NCBI GenBank assembly: GCA_965226095.1 | Contig: OZ245336.1 | Location: 143,472 to 207,471, forward strand | DNA length: 64,000 nt | Direction: 5' to 3' | Source: Bdellovibrionales bacterium | GTDB lineage: Bacteria; Bdellovibrionota; Bdellovibrionia; Bdellovibrionales; UBA1609 | Part shown: positions 43,573 through 54,096 of the stretch, piece after piece | Position numbering within the stretch: the stretch's first letter is position 1 | Layout: each line of letters begins with the position of its first letter | Made by a program: the position numbers and the translations under genes | The notes under the pieces: model-generated | What the model was told of the DNA's origin: nothing | Databases searched by the model: none | The model's input: the letters and a program-made list of their open reading frames with translations, nothing else

Positions 43573-44212
43573 AAATGAAAGCATCTTCTGTGTTATCCAA
43601 CACAATTGTTAATTCTTTGTTATTGTCATCCAATAGGCGAAGTTGACTTAACATCCATCTATTTGGCCAAGATATATAATTATGATTCATAAATACTGTG
43701 GCTGAATCACTTTGGAAAAGTTCCTGATCCAAAGGAGATTGTAGAATTTTCTCTTTAGGAATAAAAAATGGTCCAATTTGTAATGGATTTTGTTTATTGA
43801 TTCCACATTCCGCCCTTAATGTCATTTGAGGAGCATGGCCATGAAAGGATAGACCTGGAGCAATAAAGGTAATATGAATTCTTTGATACCTCTCACAAAC
43901 TAAAACCGATTCCCCACTGTCAGCTAAAATCAAAAAATGTGGCATAATAAAAGCCACTTCTTCCCCTCGGTCTTCCACTGTTACATCATTGAGAAATACA
44001 GATTTATTTTCTTCTGTTAATAGAGAATTTTCTAAAAAAGCAGATTGCGAATTTATGGAAGCAATATTTCTGACCGATGACGGAGACATCGTATCCATTA
44101 ATAAAATAAATCTGTCACCATTCCAGGATTGTTGAGCCAAAACATAGCCCAGATAAAACAACAAAGAAAAAGTGAAAAAAGCCAATATGCTTTTTTTCCA
44201 ATGCTCACACAT
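43562..44212 (-). CDS. Hypothetical membrane-anchored protein
   Basis: 216 aa with a single N-terminal TM segment (ILAFFTFSLLFYLGYVLA). No family recognised. Confidence 0.5.
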   Translation of the reverse strand: MCEHWKKSILAFFTFSLLFYLGYVLAQQSWNGDRFILLMDTMSPSSVRNIASINSQSAFLENSLLTEENKSVFLNDVTVEDRGEEVAFIMPHFLILADSGESVLVCERYQRIHITFIAPGLSFHGHAPQMTLRAECGINKQNPLQIGPFFIPKEKILQSPLDQELFQSDSATVFMNHNYISWPNRWMLSQLRLLDDNNKELTIVLDNTEDAFIFNW

Positions 44213-44296
44213 AGAAAATCCTTCTTACTCAAAAAGCACAGACATGTCATTTTTTGAGGCTAGCCTGATGCCCTTTTTGTGTGTACTTTTCTAAGT

Positions 44297-45796
44297 TTAT
44301 CGGCTGTATTGTTTGGCAAATTCAACAAAAGTTCTCACCATCACTCCGGACGCTGATTTTGGCCGACCATAAGGCAGACGATTTTCAATATTCCAGGCAG
44401 TACCAGCTATATCCAAATGAGCCCAGGGAATATTTGTATCCACAAAATGCTCTAAAAAAGCCGCCGCTGTAGAGCTTCCCATACCTTGAGTAGATTGAAT
44501 ATTGGCCACATCTGCTACCGGGCTCTTTATATCCTTAACATTAAAGTCATCCAAAGGCATGGACCAAAGTCTTTCTCCGGAAGCTTTTCCCGCATTATGT
44601 ATTTTCTTTTTCAATTCTTTATTTCTGGTAAAAAGTCCTGTGTAAATATTCCCAAGAGCTACAACAACAGCTCCTGTAAGAGTAGCCGCATCCACAATAC
44701 AAACAGGTTTTAACTCACTGGCATAAGATAGAATATCCGCCAAGACCAGTCGACCTTCCGCATCTGTATTGAGAACTTCCATGGTCTTGCCATTTCGAGC
44801 ACGCAGTACATCTCCAGGTTTTGTGGCCGCCGCTCCTAGCATATTTTCCGTAGAACCTATCAGACCTATTACATTTACTTTTAACTTTAACTGGGCAATA
44901 GCCAACATAGCGCCAATGACTGCCACTGAACCACACATATCAAACTTCATTTCGTCCATGTTACGAGCGGGCTTTATACTAATCCCACCTGAATCAAAGG
45001 TTAATCCTTTACCCACGAAACACACCGGTTTGCTGGATTTTGCACGAGCGCCCTTATATTCCATAATAATCACACGAGGTTCTTGGTTACTCCCCAAAGA
45101 AACTCCTATCAATCCTCCCATTTTTTCTTTCTTAATACGCGCCTTATCCCATACACTCACTTTTAAATTACCTATTCCCTTACATTTTTTCTGCACAGAT
45201 TGAGCCAAAATAGAAGGAGTCATTAAATTAGCTGGATGATCAGCCAACCATCGCCCAAAGTTTGTATTCTCTGCCAAGCACTGACCTTCCTCCAAACCTT
45301 TTTGCCCTTCTCTAGCCTTGATGAGTCCAGTTAAAAAGACAGTTTTAAGTTCTAATTTGGCTTCTTCTTTTTTCTTTAAATCATCAAAACAATAATGAGC
45401 CAGATAAAAACCTTCAGTCACCAAACGAGCTACTGTACGAGGATTATTTATAAATTGCAGAAGCGAAGAACAATCCAATACAGCACTGGTGATAGAATGT
45501 TTTTCCAAAGCTCTATAAGCAGTGGCCGAAATCTGACGAATGACTTCTTCATTTACTTTTTTAGAATCACCCAAACCAACCAAAAGCAGATGTTTAGAAG
45601 ATTGAATGGGCGTACAAGGCATAAATAATACAGCGCTTTTCTTAGATTGAAATATTTTGTCGTTTAAAACTGAATCCAGAATGTTAACAACTGCTGACTT
45701 AGATTGTTTTTTTTTCATCCCTTTTTGAGAGACCATTGCTATATGACAATCTGTAGATTCATTAAATTTGGAACCGGATGGAATAACTAATTTCAT
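44297..45796 (-). CDS. pepA: Leucyl aminopeptidase (M17)
   Basis: Carries the NTDAEGRLVLAD signature, VGKGLTFDSGGISIKP and MKFDMCG motifs. The preferred start MKLVIPSG at 45796 follows a GGGAG RBS. The ORF extends to 45859. Confidence 0.9.
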   Translation of the reverse strand: MKLVIPSGSKFNESTDCHIAMVSQKGMKKKQSKSAVVNILDSVLNDKIFQSKKSAVLFMPCTPIQSSKHLLLVGLGDSKKVNEEVIRQISATAYRALEKHSITSAVLDCSSLLQFINNPRTVARLVTEGFYLAHYCFDDLKKKEEAKLELKTVFLTGLIKAREGQKGLEEGQCLAENTNFGRWLADHPANLMTPSILAQSVQKKCKGIGNLKVSVWDKARIKKEKMGGLIGVSLGSNQEPRVIIMEYKGARAKSSKPVCFVGKGLTFDSGGISIKPARNMDEMKFDMCGSVAVIGAMLAIAQLKLKVNVIGLIGSTENMLGAAATKPGDVLRARNGKTMEVLNTDAEGRLVLADILSYASELKPVCIVDAATLTGAVVVALGNIYTGLFTRNKELKKKIHNAGKASGERLWSMPLDDFNVKDIKSPVADVANIQSTQGMGSSTAAAFLEHFVDTNIPWAHLDIAGTAWNIENRLPYGRPKSASGVMVRTFVEFAKQYSR

Positions 45797-45989
45797 TAAA
45801 AATCTCCCTAAAAAATAGTTTTTTATTAAAAAGTTAATGATTTGTAGCATATTTTTCATGCTTAGACAAAAGCATTTTCTTCCATTTGTTTTTATTTAAG
45901 TAAATTCTTCAGAAACCCGACAATAAAATAAACAACAGTCACTGGCATAAAATATTCAAACTTTCGTCCAGTAAATAAGGAGTAACATC

Positions 45990-46592
45990 TTGGCATTAAT
46001 TCCTATTGTAATTGAACAAACACCTAAAGGTGAGAGAAGTTATGATATTTACTCCCGCCTTTTAAAAGATCGCATCATCATGTTGGGAACAGCTATCACC
46101 AACGATGTGGTCAACAGTATGATCGCTCAAATCTTCTTTCTGGAAATGGAAAACCCGGATAAAGATATTCATATTTACATTAATTCTCCAGGAGGTTCTG
46201 TAACTGCCGGAATGGCTCTTTATGACATTATGCAATTTATTAAATGCGATATTAGAACTTATTGTATTGGTATTGCGGCCAGCATGGGCTCTTTGCTCCT
46301 AGCTGCCGGTACACCTGGTAAAAGATATATTTTACCTCATGCTCGTGTGATGATTCATCAGCCCCATATCTCCGGAACAGGTATTTCCGGACAAGTTAGT
46401 GATATTGAAATTCAAGCCAAGGAAATGGCTCTAACAAAGAAAAAATTGGTGGAGATTTATGCCAAACACACCGGAAAAGATGAAAAGACATTGCTTGAGG
46501 CAATGGATCGAGATAATTATATGAGCTCTCAAGAAGCTTTGGAATTTAAGTTAGTGGATCATATTGTAACCTCCAGAAAGAAAGTGAAATAA
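45990..46592 (+). CDS. clpP: ATP-dependent Clp protease proteolytic subunit
   Basis: 200 aa. Catalytic Ser context GIAASMGS, plus RVMIHQP. TTG start preceded by an AAGGAG RBS. Confidence 0.95.
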   Translation: MALIPIVIEQTPKGERSYDIYSRLLKDRIIMLGTAITNDVVNSMIAQIFFLEMENPDKDIHIYINSPGGSVTAGMALYDIMQFIKCDIRTYCIGIAASMGSLLLAAGTPGKRYILPHARVMIHQPHISGTGISGQVSDIEIQAKEMALTKKKLVEIYAKHTGKDEKTLLEAMDRDNYMSSQEALEFKLVDHIVTSRKKVK

Positions 46593-46594
46593 TC

Positions 46595-47917
46595 ATGGCT
46601 GGGAAAAAACAGCACTACAATTGCCAGTGTAGTTTTTGTTCAAAAAATCAAAAAGATGTAGAGCAACTCATTGCTGGCCCTGGTGGAATTTATATTTGCA
46701 GTGAATGTATTACCTTGTGTAATGACCTAATTTTCGACAAACATGAAAAGCAAAATAACAAGATACTAAAAATTCCCACACCGGCAGAAATTCATAAACA
46801 TTTAGATGAGTATATCATCGGCCAGAATCTCGCTAAAAAATCCTTATCTGTAGCTGTTCATAACCATTACAAAAGAATCCATAAAAATGCTAAACAGATT
46901 GTCAAAGATGCAAAACTTTTAAACAGAAAAACAAAAGACCATGTGGAAATCACTAAAAGTAATGTTCTTTTAATCGGCCCTACCGGCTCCGGAAAAACAC
47001 TATTGGCACAAACTATTGCTAAAATGCTCAATGTACCTTTTGCCATCTCTGACGCCACGGCTTTAACAGAAGCAGGTTATGTAGGAGAAGATGTGGAAAA
47101 TGTCATTCTTAATCTCCTACAAGTAGCCGACTACAACGTAGAAGAAGCCCAAAGAGGAGTTATTTATATTGATGAAATTGATAAAATTACCCGTAAGTCA
47201 GAAAATACATCCATTACCAGAGATGTCAGTGGAGAAGGTGTGCAACAAGCTTTGTTAAAAATTTTGGAAGGGACCAAAGCCAACTTGCCCCCTAAAGGAG
47301 GCAGAAAACACCCTCAACAGGAATTTATTCAAGTGGATACTTCCAACATTTTATTTATTGTAGGAGGCGCTTTTATTGGACTGGAAAATATTATAGAAAA
47401 TCGTCTATCCAACAAGTCCATGGGGATCGCCGCTGATATAAAAACAGAAGACGAAAAACTTAAATCCAAACAAAATATACTCAAACAAGTAGAACCCAAC
47501 GACTTATTTCGCTATGGCTTGATTCCTGAGTTTGTAGGACGATTACCAGTTATTTCCACACTGAACCCCTTGGATGAAGCATCTCTCATTGATATACTAC
47601 AAAAGCCCAAAAACGCTATTGTGAAACAATACCAAAAACTATTGGAGTATGAAGATGTAGAGCTAGTATTTGAAGAAAAAGCCCTAAAAGCCATAGCACA
47701 GCAGGCTATGAAGAAAAAAACCGGAGCCAGAGGACTGAGAGGAGTCATCGAAGAGGCCATGCTGGATATTATGTATGATGTGCCTTCTAACCCTTCCATT
47801 AAAAAATGTGTTATCACAGAAGATGTGATCTTGAAAAAGAAACAGCCACATCTCGTCTATAGCACTAAAAAAAAGTCCCCATCTATAGAAACAGCCACAA
47901 AAATAGAAAGTGCATAA
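46595..47917 (+). CDS. clpX: ATP-dependent Clp protease ATP-binding subunit ClpX
   Basis: N-terminal zinc ribbon (CSFC...CSEC), Walker A GPTGSGKT, and the IYIDEIDK and GARGLR motifs. Confidence 0.95.
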   Translation: MAGKKQHYNCQCSFCSKNQKDVEQLIAGPGGIYICSECITLCNDLIFDKHEKQNNKILKIPTPAEIHKHLDEYIIGQNLAKKSLSVAVHNHYKRIHKNAKQIVKDAKLLNRKTKDHVEITKSNVLLIGPTGSGKTLLAQTIAKMLNVPFAISDATALTEAGYVGEDVENVILNLLQVADYNVEEAQRGVIYIDEIDKITRKSENTSITRDVSGEGVQQALLKILEGTKANLPPKGGRKHPQQEFIQVDTSNILFIVGGAFIGLENIIENRLSNKSMGIAADIKTEDEKLKSKQNILKQVEPNDLFRYGLIPEFVGRLPVISTLNPLDEASLIDILQKPKNAIVKQYQKLLEYEDVELVFEEKALKAIAQQAMKKKTGARGLRGVIEEAMLDIMYDVPSNPSIKKCVITEDVILKKKQPHLVYSTKKKSPSIETATKIESA

Positions 47918-47996
47918 AACATAAATATCCTTATTGCTGGACTATTTATTCAAAGCAGTGCTATGTTTAATAAAGCATAAATAAAGCTGTGAGAAT

Positions 47997-50465
47997 ATGA
48001 AACAAAATAAAATAGAAAATCTACCTTTACTCTCTCTAAGGGATTTAGTGGTATTCCCCCACATGATGATGCCCCTGTTTGTAGGTCGAGATAAAAGTAT
48101 CAATGCTCTTCAACAAGCAATGAATAACAAAACAGATATTGTACTCGCCTCCCAAAAAGAAGCCAGAAATAATAATCCTTCCCCTGAAGAAATTCATTCT
48201 GTTGGTACTGTAGGCGCTATTATCCAACATTTAAAGTTGCCGGATGGAACAGTGAAAGCATTAGTGGAAGGAAAACACAGAGTACATATTAATAAATTTT
48301 TAAAATCAGATAAATTCTTTTCTGTGGAAGTAAAACCAGTTGTGGAAAAAATCAGTAAGGGAACAGAAGCAGATGCTTTGAAACGTATGATTTATTCTTC
48401 CTTTGAAAGCTATGTAAAACTAAATAAACAAGTACCACCAGAAGTGCTGGCTCGTGTATCCACCATTAATGATTTCAGTGAATTAGCTGATAATATCGCT
48501 TCCCAATTAAACTTAAAAATGGAAGATAAACAAAATCTTCTGGAAATTTTCGATCCAGGAGAACGTTTGCGTATCGTTTTAAAACATATCACTCGAGAAA
48601 TTGAAGTATTAAAAGTGGAAAGAAAACTACGCACCAGAGTAAAAGAACAAATGGAAAAATCCCAAAAAGAATATTACTTAAATGAGCAACTACAGGCTAT
48701 ACAAAAAGAATTGGGTGAAAAGGACGATTTTCAAAAAGAGGTATTAGAATTAGAAGAAAAAGCCTCTAAAATACAATGGACCAAAGAAGCAAATGAAAAA
48801 ATCACTCGAGAAATCAAAAAATTAAAGTTGATGTCTCCAATGAGCGCAGAAGCCGGGGTCATTAGAAATTATATCGACTGGGTTATTGCCCTTCCCTGGC
48901 AAAATTACGTAAAAGAAAAAAAAGACATTCAAGCCGCCAAAGATATTCTCAATGAAGATCACTGGGGATTGGAAAAAGTTAAAGAAAGAATCTTAGAATA
49001 TCTTGCTGTCAGAACACTGGCCAATAAACCTAAAAGCCCTATTTTATGCTTTATTGGTCCTCCTGGTGTAGGAAAAACATCTTTAGCACGTTCTATTGCC
49101 AGATCTTTAAATCGCCCGTTTGTGCGTATTTCCTTAGGTGGAGTGCAAGATGAAGCAGAGATTCGAGGACACAGACGCACCTATGTAGGAGCTATGCCCG
49201 GTAAACTTATTCAATCCTTAAGAAAAATAAAACATGGCAACCCTCTGTTCTTATTGGATGAAGTTGATAAAATCAGTACCAGCTACAGAGGTGATCCATC
49301 CTCTGCTCTATTGGAAGTATTGGATCCAGAGCAAAATAACACTTTTCAGGATCATTACCTGGAAGTGGACTATGACCTATCTCCTGTTCTGTTTATCACC
49401 ACGGCCAATTCCTTACATGGTATTCCTCGCCCCTTAATTGATCGTATGGAAATGATTTCCATTGAAGGTTACACAGAAACTGAAAAACTCAATATTGCTG
49501 AAAAGTATCTAGTTCCCAAACAGTTAGATAAGCATGGTTTAAAAAAATACAATCCTTCTTTTAACAAAGATGTATTAAAGGAGATTATCCGATACTACAC
49601 GAGAGAAGCAGGCGTTAGAGAGCTGGAGAGGCAAATTGCCAAAGTATCCAGAAAACTGGTTAAAGAAATAGTGTTTTCGCAAAACAAAAAAACAAACTTA
49701 GAGGAATCACAAAAAATTCCACTGATCAAAAAATATATGAAATATTCCATTTCACTTGCAAAAGTAAAACAATACTTAGGAGAACATAAATTTAAATATG
49801 GAAAAATAGAAAAAAAGAACGCCATTGGATTGACCAATGGAATGGCCTGGACAGAAACCGGAGGTGAACTATTACATATTGAAACCTGTGTCGTACCAGG
49901 AACTGGAAAAGTGAAAAATACCGGACAATTAGGTGAAGTGATGCAGGAATCCTGTGCAGCAGCTTTAACCTATGTACGTTCTCGAGGTCCTTTATTTGGC
50001 CTTCCTACAGAATTTTTCTTAAAACATGACTTTCATATCCATGTAACAGAAGGAGCAGTTCCTAAAGACGGTCCTTCTGCAGGAATAGCTATCACCACCA
50101 GTATCGTATCTGCCATTACCCGCTTTCCAGTTAAAAGAACTGTCTCTATGACAGGAGAAGTGACCTTAAGAGGAAGAGTATTGGCCATTGGCGGATTAAA
50201 AGAAAAAATTCTGGCGGCTCATAGAGAAGGAATTAAAACAGTGATTATTCCCAGTGAAAATGCGAGAGATTTAAGAGACCGTGAACAGGCTATACCAATT
50301 GAAGTTTTACAAGAAATCCAAATTATTACAGTGGATCATGTTGACCAGGTTTTGGTCAATGCCTTGGAAATTAAAACTGCTCAGGATTTATTCAAAAGAC
50401 GATCTGAAAAAATTTCAGGATTAAAAGCTCAATATACAGGACATGCTCAAATTCAAAAACATTAA
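47997..50465 (+). CDS. lon: Lon protease
   Basis: 822 aa with a LON N-terminal domain, Walker A GPPGVGKTS and the catalytic DGPSAG context. Confidence 0.95.
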   Translation: MKQNKIENLPLLSLRDLVVFPHMMMPLFVGRDKSINALQQAMNNKTDIVLASQKEARNNNPSPEEIHSVGTVGAIIQHLKLPDGTVKALVEGKHRVHINKFLKSDKFFSVEVKPVVEKISKGTEADALKRMIYSSFESYVKLNKQVPPEVLARVSTINDFSELADNIASQLNLKMEDKQNLLEIFDPGERLRIVLKHITREIEVLKVERKLRTRVKEQMEKSQKEYYLNEQLQAIQKELGEKDDFQKEVLELEEKASKIQWTKEANEKITREIKKLKLMSPMSAEAGVIRNYIDWVIALPWQNYVKEKKDIQAAKDILNEDHWGLEKVKERILEYLAVRTLANKPKSPILCFIGPPGVGKTSLARSIARSLNRPFVRISLGGVQDEAEIRGHRRTYVGAMPGKLIQSLRKIKHGNPLFLLDEVDKISTSYRGDPSSALLEVLDPEQNNTFQDHYLEVDYDLSPVLFITTANSLHGIPRPLIDRMEMISIEGYTETEKLNIAEKYLVPKQLDKHGLKKYNPSFNKDVLKEIIRYYTREAGVRELERQIAKVSRKLVKEIVFSQNKKTNLEESQKIPLIKKYMKYSISLAKVKQYLGEHKFKYGKIEKKNAIGLTNGMAWTETGGELLHIETCVVPGTGKVKNTGQLGEVMQESCAAALTYVRSRGPLFGLPTEFFLKHDFHIHVTEGAVPKDGPSAGIAITTSIVSAITRFPVKRTVSMTGEVTLRGRVLAIGGLKEKILAAHREGIKTVIIPSENARDLRDREQAIPIEVLQEIQIITVDHVDQVLVNALEIKTAQDLFKRRSEKISGLKAQYTGHAQIQKH

Positions 50466-50552
50466 ACTTTATTAAAAAAACTTAATCTTTAAAAAAACTT
50501 GACAAACTATGTGAAATAGTTCAACCTTCACCTCGTAGGTTTGGAGGGGGGT

Positions 50553-51785
50553 ATGGATACAGATACAGTTAAAAAATCAAACTATCTTTATGACCTTGCC
50601 TTAAGCCAAATGGTTGCCACACAGTTTGCAGATGCTATTAAAAATTTTAAAACCGCAAATTCTTATTTATTAAAAGAAAAACAATATTCAAAATATTTAG
50701 AATCTCAAGTATTTCAAATTATTATGCACACAGAAATGGAACATTTTAATGAAATTGGAGATATACATTCCGAATTATCAAATATTATATGGAAATACAA
50801 AACACCAGAAATGGACTTTTCCAAACTACATTATGCCATGGGTTTTTGTTGCCTAAGAAGAAAGGAAAATCTTAAAGCCCAAACACATTTTGATCAAGCA
50901 GTAACTCACGCTTACTCAGTACAAAAACAATCAAAAAAAATACAAAATCAAAAAGCATTATTAATTTCAAAAATAGATTTGTGTTATGCTTGTTATGGTT
51001 TTGCTTTTTTATACTATATGAAAAAACAGATATCTCAAGCCATTAATGAAATAGAACGAGGCGAACAATTAATAAAAACCTTTACAGAATTTCAATTAAT
51101 TTTAGAAAAAGAAAAAACTGATTTTTCTGAGGAATTGTTACAAACCTTACACCATGAAAAACACTCTTTGGAATTTTCTTTTTACCTCTTAAAAGCCCAG
51201 ATTTTTGGTATAGAAAAAAAATATAAACAAGCTGAAGAACTATTATGGTTTTGCTATGAACAATCACAAAAATCTTACAGAAGGAAATATATGGCCCCTC
51301 ATTTATTTTACTCTTTAGGTATAAATTACATGGAAAAAAAAGATTATAATCAAGCTTCTCACTTTTTAAGTTTAGCCAAAAGATCCATTAATGAAAAAAC
51401 CTTTAAATTGCTCAGTAAATATATCTCCCATGCATTAAATACACTAAAATATAATATGACCAATGATTATGATATTATTATTAATTTTGAAACAAATTTA
51501 TTGGTAGAAAAGCAAAAAGGCCATATTAATTTTAAAAATCAATTTGTGGTCTTGGATATGTTGAAATTATTTGTTATGAATCTAGGTAAAATATACTCTA
51601 AAGAGGAATTAGCAGAAAAAGTATGGAATCAAAGATATAATCACCAAGTACATGACAATAAAATTTATGTAACTATAAAAAGGTTAAGGGAATTAGTAGA
51701 ACCAAATCAAGATAAACCAAAGTACATCTGTAGAACAAAAGATGGATATTATATTAATAAAAATATAAAGATTTTAATTAAATAA
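50553..51785 (+). CDS. Transcriptional regulator: N-terminal TPR-like helical-repeat domain plus C-terminal OmpR/PhoB-type winged helix (no receiver domain)
   Basis: The C-terminal 90 aa (FVVLDMLKLFVMNLGKIYSKEELAEKVWNQ...DNKIYVTIKRLRELVEP...ICRTKDGYYIN) match the Trans_reg_C consensus. The N-terminal 310 aa are all-helical with TPR-like units. The ATG at 50553 follows a GGAGGGGGG RBS. The ORF track starts at TTG 50541. Confidence 0.75.
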   Translation: MDTDTVKKSNYLYDLALSQMVATQFADAIKNFKTANSYLLKEKQYSKYLESQVFQIIMHTEMEHFNEIGDIHSELSNIIWKYKTPEMDFSKLHYAMGFCCLRRKENLKAQTHFDQAVTHAYSVQKQSKKIQNQKALLISKIDLCYACYGFAFLYYMKKQISQAINEIERGEQLIKTFTEFQLILEKEKTDFSEELLQTLHHEKHSLEFSFYLLKAQIFGIEKKYKQAEELLWFCYEQSQKSYRRKYMAPHLFYSLGINYMEKKDYNQASHFLSLAKRSINEKTFKLLSKYISHALNTLKYNMTNDYDIIINFETNLLVEKQKGHINFKNQFVVLDMLKLFVMNLGKIYSKEELAEKVWNQRYNHQVHDNKIYVTIKRLRELVEPNQDKPKYICRTKDGYYINKNIKILIK

Positions 51786-51799
51786 AAGGAGGTAGAGAA

Positions 51800-52585
51800 A
51801 TGAAATATATTATTAAAATTATGGGGTTTTTTATTTGTTTTATATATGCTCATCTTGCATTCTCTGGTGTCATAGAAGATGCTATGAACGATATCAATAA
51901 TTCAATTTATGGAACAAAAAATCATCGTTATGTATTTATATGTTCTCCTATAGCATCTAATGTCTTTATTGAAAGTTTATCCACTTCTCAATTAACATAT
52001 TTTCAAGAACTTCCAAAATATTGTAAATTATCTGCCTCTTTTGTCCTTTACGAGGATAGTTCTGATAGTGATTACTCAACAGAAAATTTCATAGATGAGT
52101 TTTTCCCCAACCCAAATAAACAAGATAACTCTGATTGCTTCAGAAAAGATGGAGACAGACCAGCTATGCCCATCCCCATTCCAGGGGTCGGTGATCAAAA
52201 ACCTATTGATTGTAATGAATTTATACCTCACACTGGAGCTTCTTTCCTTCTATCCGGTGAATTCTTAGAAGGAAATTATCTCGTGCCGAACACTGGTGAA
52301 CACATTGTGATAATACAAAGAAAAGAAAAAATGTCTCAAGAAGACCAACAGCTCCAATATAGACAATTGAGCAAATATCGTTTCAATTATAATAAATTTT
52401 ATAATGTTTCCACTAAAGACTCATATCTCACAGATGCTACTATATACCCTCTAATTGCAAAAGAATCTTTGTATCAGGACGGTGACAGGCCGGCTATGCC
52501 AATCCCTATCCCTGGTGTAGGTGAACGAATCCCTATCCCCGATGTAGGTGAACTAGTACTTTTCTCTTTGAGTACAAGGGGCTGA
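51800..52585 (+). CDS. Secreted protein with a duplicated DGDRPAMPIPIPGVG motif
   Basis: 261 aa. Signal peptide MKYIIKIMGFFICFIYAHLAFSG. AAGGAGG RBS. The start is 14 nt after the regulator stop. The 15-aa motif sits at aa 117-131 and aa 227-241. Confidence 0.75.
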   Translation: MKYIIKIMGFFICFIYAHLAFSGVIEDAMNDINNSIYGTKNHRYVFICSPIASNVFIESLSTSQLTYFQELPKYCKLSASFVLYEDSSDSDYSTENFIDEFFPNPNKQDNSDCFRKDGDRPAMPIPIPGVGDQKPIDCNEFIPHTGASFLLSGEFLEGNYLVPNTGEHIVIIQRKEKMSQEDQQLQYRQLSKYRFNYNKFYNVSTKDSYLTDATIYPLIAKESLYQDGDRPAMPIPIPGVGERIPIPDVGELVLFSLSTRG

Positions 52586-52624
52586 ATAACCCCATGTTGT
52601 TTACTCTAATATTCATAATCATTT

Positions 52625-52700
52625 AGGGGGTTAGCTCAGTTGGTAGAGCGCCACCCTTACAAGGTGGATGCCATCGGTTCAAGTCCGGTACCCCCTACCA
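52625..52700 (+). tRNA. tRNA-Val (anticodon TAC), CCA encoded
   Basis: Hand-folded. Acceptor AGGGGGT/ACCCCCT, D arm GCTC/GAGC, anticodon arm CCACC-CTTACAA-GGTGG, T arm ATCGG-TTCAAGT-CCGGT, then ACCA. Confidence 0.92.
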
Positions 52701-52722
52701 TTGGAACATGATTTTTACTCTA

Positions 52723-54039
52723 TTATGAATCATTGTTTTTAGAAATAGGAATTTTCTCCCCAGAATAAAATTTCCAGGTTTTATGAATAATAAGACGTGC
52801 TCCCTGTCCAAAACTAAAATACGCCCATATCCATTGAAGCAAAACAAAAAACTGATTTTTAAATCGAACCAAATAACTAATATGTACAAAAACCCAAGCT
52901 AACCAAGCAATCACCCCTGTTAGCTGAAATGAACCAAAGCTGGCAACAGCTTTAGAACGCCCAATAGTGACCATTATGCCTTTATCAAAATACTGAAAAG
53001 AAGATCGTCTTTTCCCACTAATTTCATTTTTTATCAACTGAGCTACAAAATGCCCTTGCTGAATAGCCACTGGCGCTAATGCAGGTAAAAATGTTTTTTC
53101 TCTATCTTTAGAAACAACAAAGGCCGCCTGATCACCCATAACGAAAACATGAGAATGATTGGGAATACTTAAATCATTCTTTACAAGAATACGGCCATCT
53201 TCAGTTTTTTCAACATTTATATCCTCAGTTAATTGTGAGGGTTTAACACCTGCTGCCCAAATAATTGTATGAGCATATAAAAAATGTTCACCAATTTTGA
53301 CTCCTTGTTTACTGACATCATTAGCTTGCTGGTTTAAAAAAACTTCAACACCCATATTTTCCAAATCACTTTTAGCCCTATCTGAAAGTTTTTCTGGAAA
53401 TGCATTCAGAATTTTTGATCCTGCTTCAACTAGAACAACACGGGTTTTTTTAAGATTTGCATTCTTATAGTCTTTATAGAGAGTATTTCGCGCCATTTCA
53501 GAAATTGCACCTGCCATTTCAACACCTGTTGGGCCACCTCCAATGATAACAAAAGTTAAATACTGCTGTCTTTTTTCCTCATTCTGTTCCTTCTCAGCCA
53601 GTTCAAAAGCAAGGAGAATTCTTCTACGAATTTCAGTAGCTTGCTCAATTGTCTTGAGACCTGGAGCATACTCTTCCCACTCATTGTTTCCAAAATAAAA
53701 ATGCTTGGAACCACAAGCGATGAGCAAATAATCGTAATTGAAATATTGATTATCAAAACTGATTTTTTTATTTTTAAGATCAATGTGATTCACTTCTGCC
53801 ATTAAAACATTTACATTTTTATATTTAGAAAAATAACTTCTTAAAGGAACAGCTATTTCAGAAGGATTAAGTCCTGCCATAGCCACTTGATAAAGAAGAG
53901 GCTGAAACAAGTGATGATTTCTACGATCAATGAGAGTAACATCAATACCTTTTTGATTGCCGAGCACTTTAACGGCACTGAATCCGGCAAAACCACCACC
54001 AATAACTATAACTCTTTTATTATTTTGAACTGTTTTCAA
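52723..54039 (-). CDS. ndh: Type II NADH dehydrogenase (NDH-2) / FAD-dependent pyridine nucleotide-disulfide oxidoreductase
   Basis: 438 aa with two dinucleotide-binding motifs (VIVIGGGFAGFSA; FVIIGGGPTGVEMAG) and a C-terminal membrane-anchor helix. Confidence 0.85.
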   Translation of the reverse strand: MKTVQNNKRVIVIGGGFAGFSAVKVLGNQKGIDVTLIDRRNHHLFQPLLYQVAMAGLNPSEIAVPLRSYFSKYKNVNVLMAEVNHIDLKNKKISFDNQYFNYDYLLIACGSKHFYFGNNEWEEYAPGLKTIEQATEIRRRILLAFELAEKEQNEEKRQQYLTFVIIGGGPTGVEMAGAISEMARNTLYKDYKNANLKKTRVVLVEAGSKILNAFPEKLSDRAKSDLENMGVEVFLNQQANDVSKQGVKIGEHFLYAHTIIWAAGVKPSQLTEDINVEKTEDGRILVKNDLSIPNHSHVFVMGDQAAFVVSKDREKTFLPALAPVAIQQGHFVAQLIKNEISGKRRSSFQYFDKGIMVTIGRSKAVASFGSFQLTGVIAWLAWVFVHISYLVRFKNQFFVLLQWIWAYFSFGQGARLIIHKTWKFYSGEKIPISKNNDS

Positions 54040-54096
54040 AAAGCACTCGTTTTTTAATTATCTTATCATGTAGATCATCCAAAGGCATAAATATTC

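Noticed and set aside
47004-47019. A sigma54 promoter-like sequence, TGGCACAAACTATTGC.
   Set aside because: The GG-to-GC spacing is one nt too long (13 versus 12). It also lies inside the clpX Walker A coding region, so it is a chance match.
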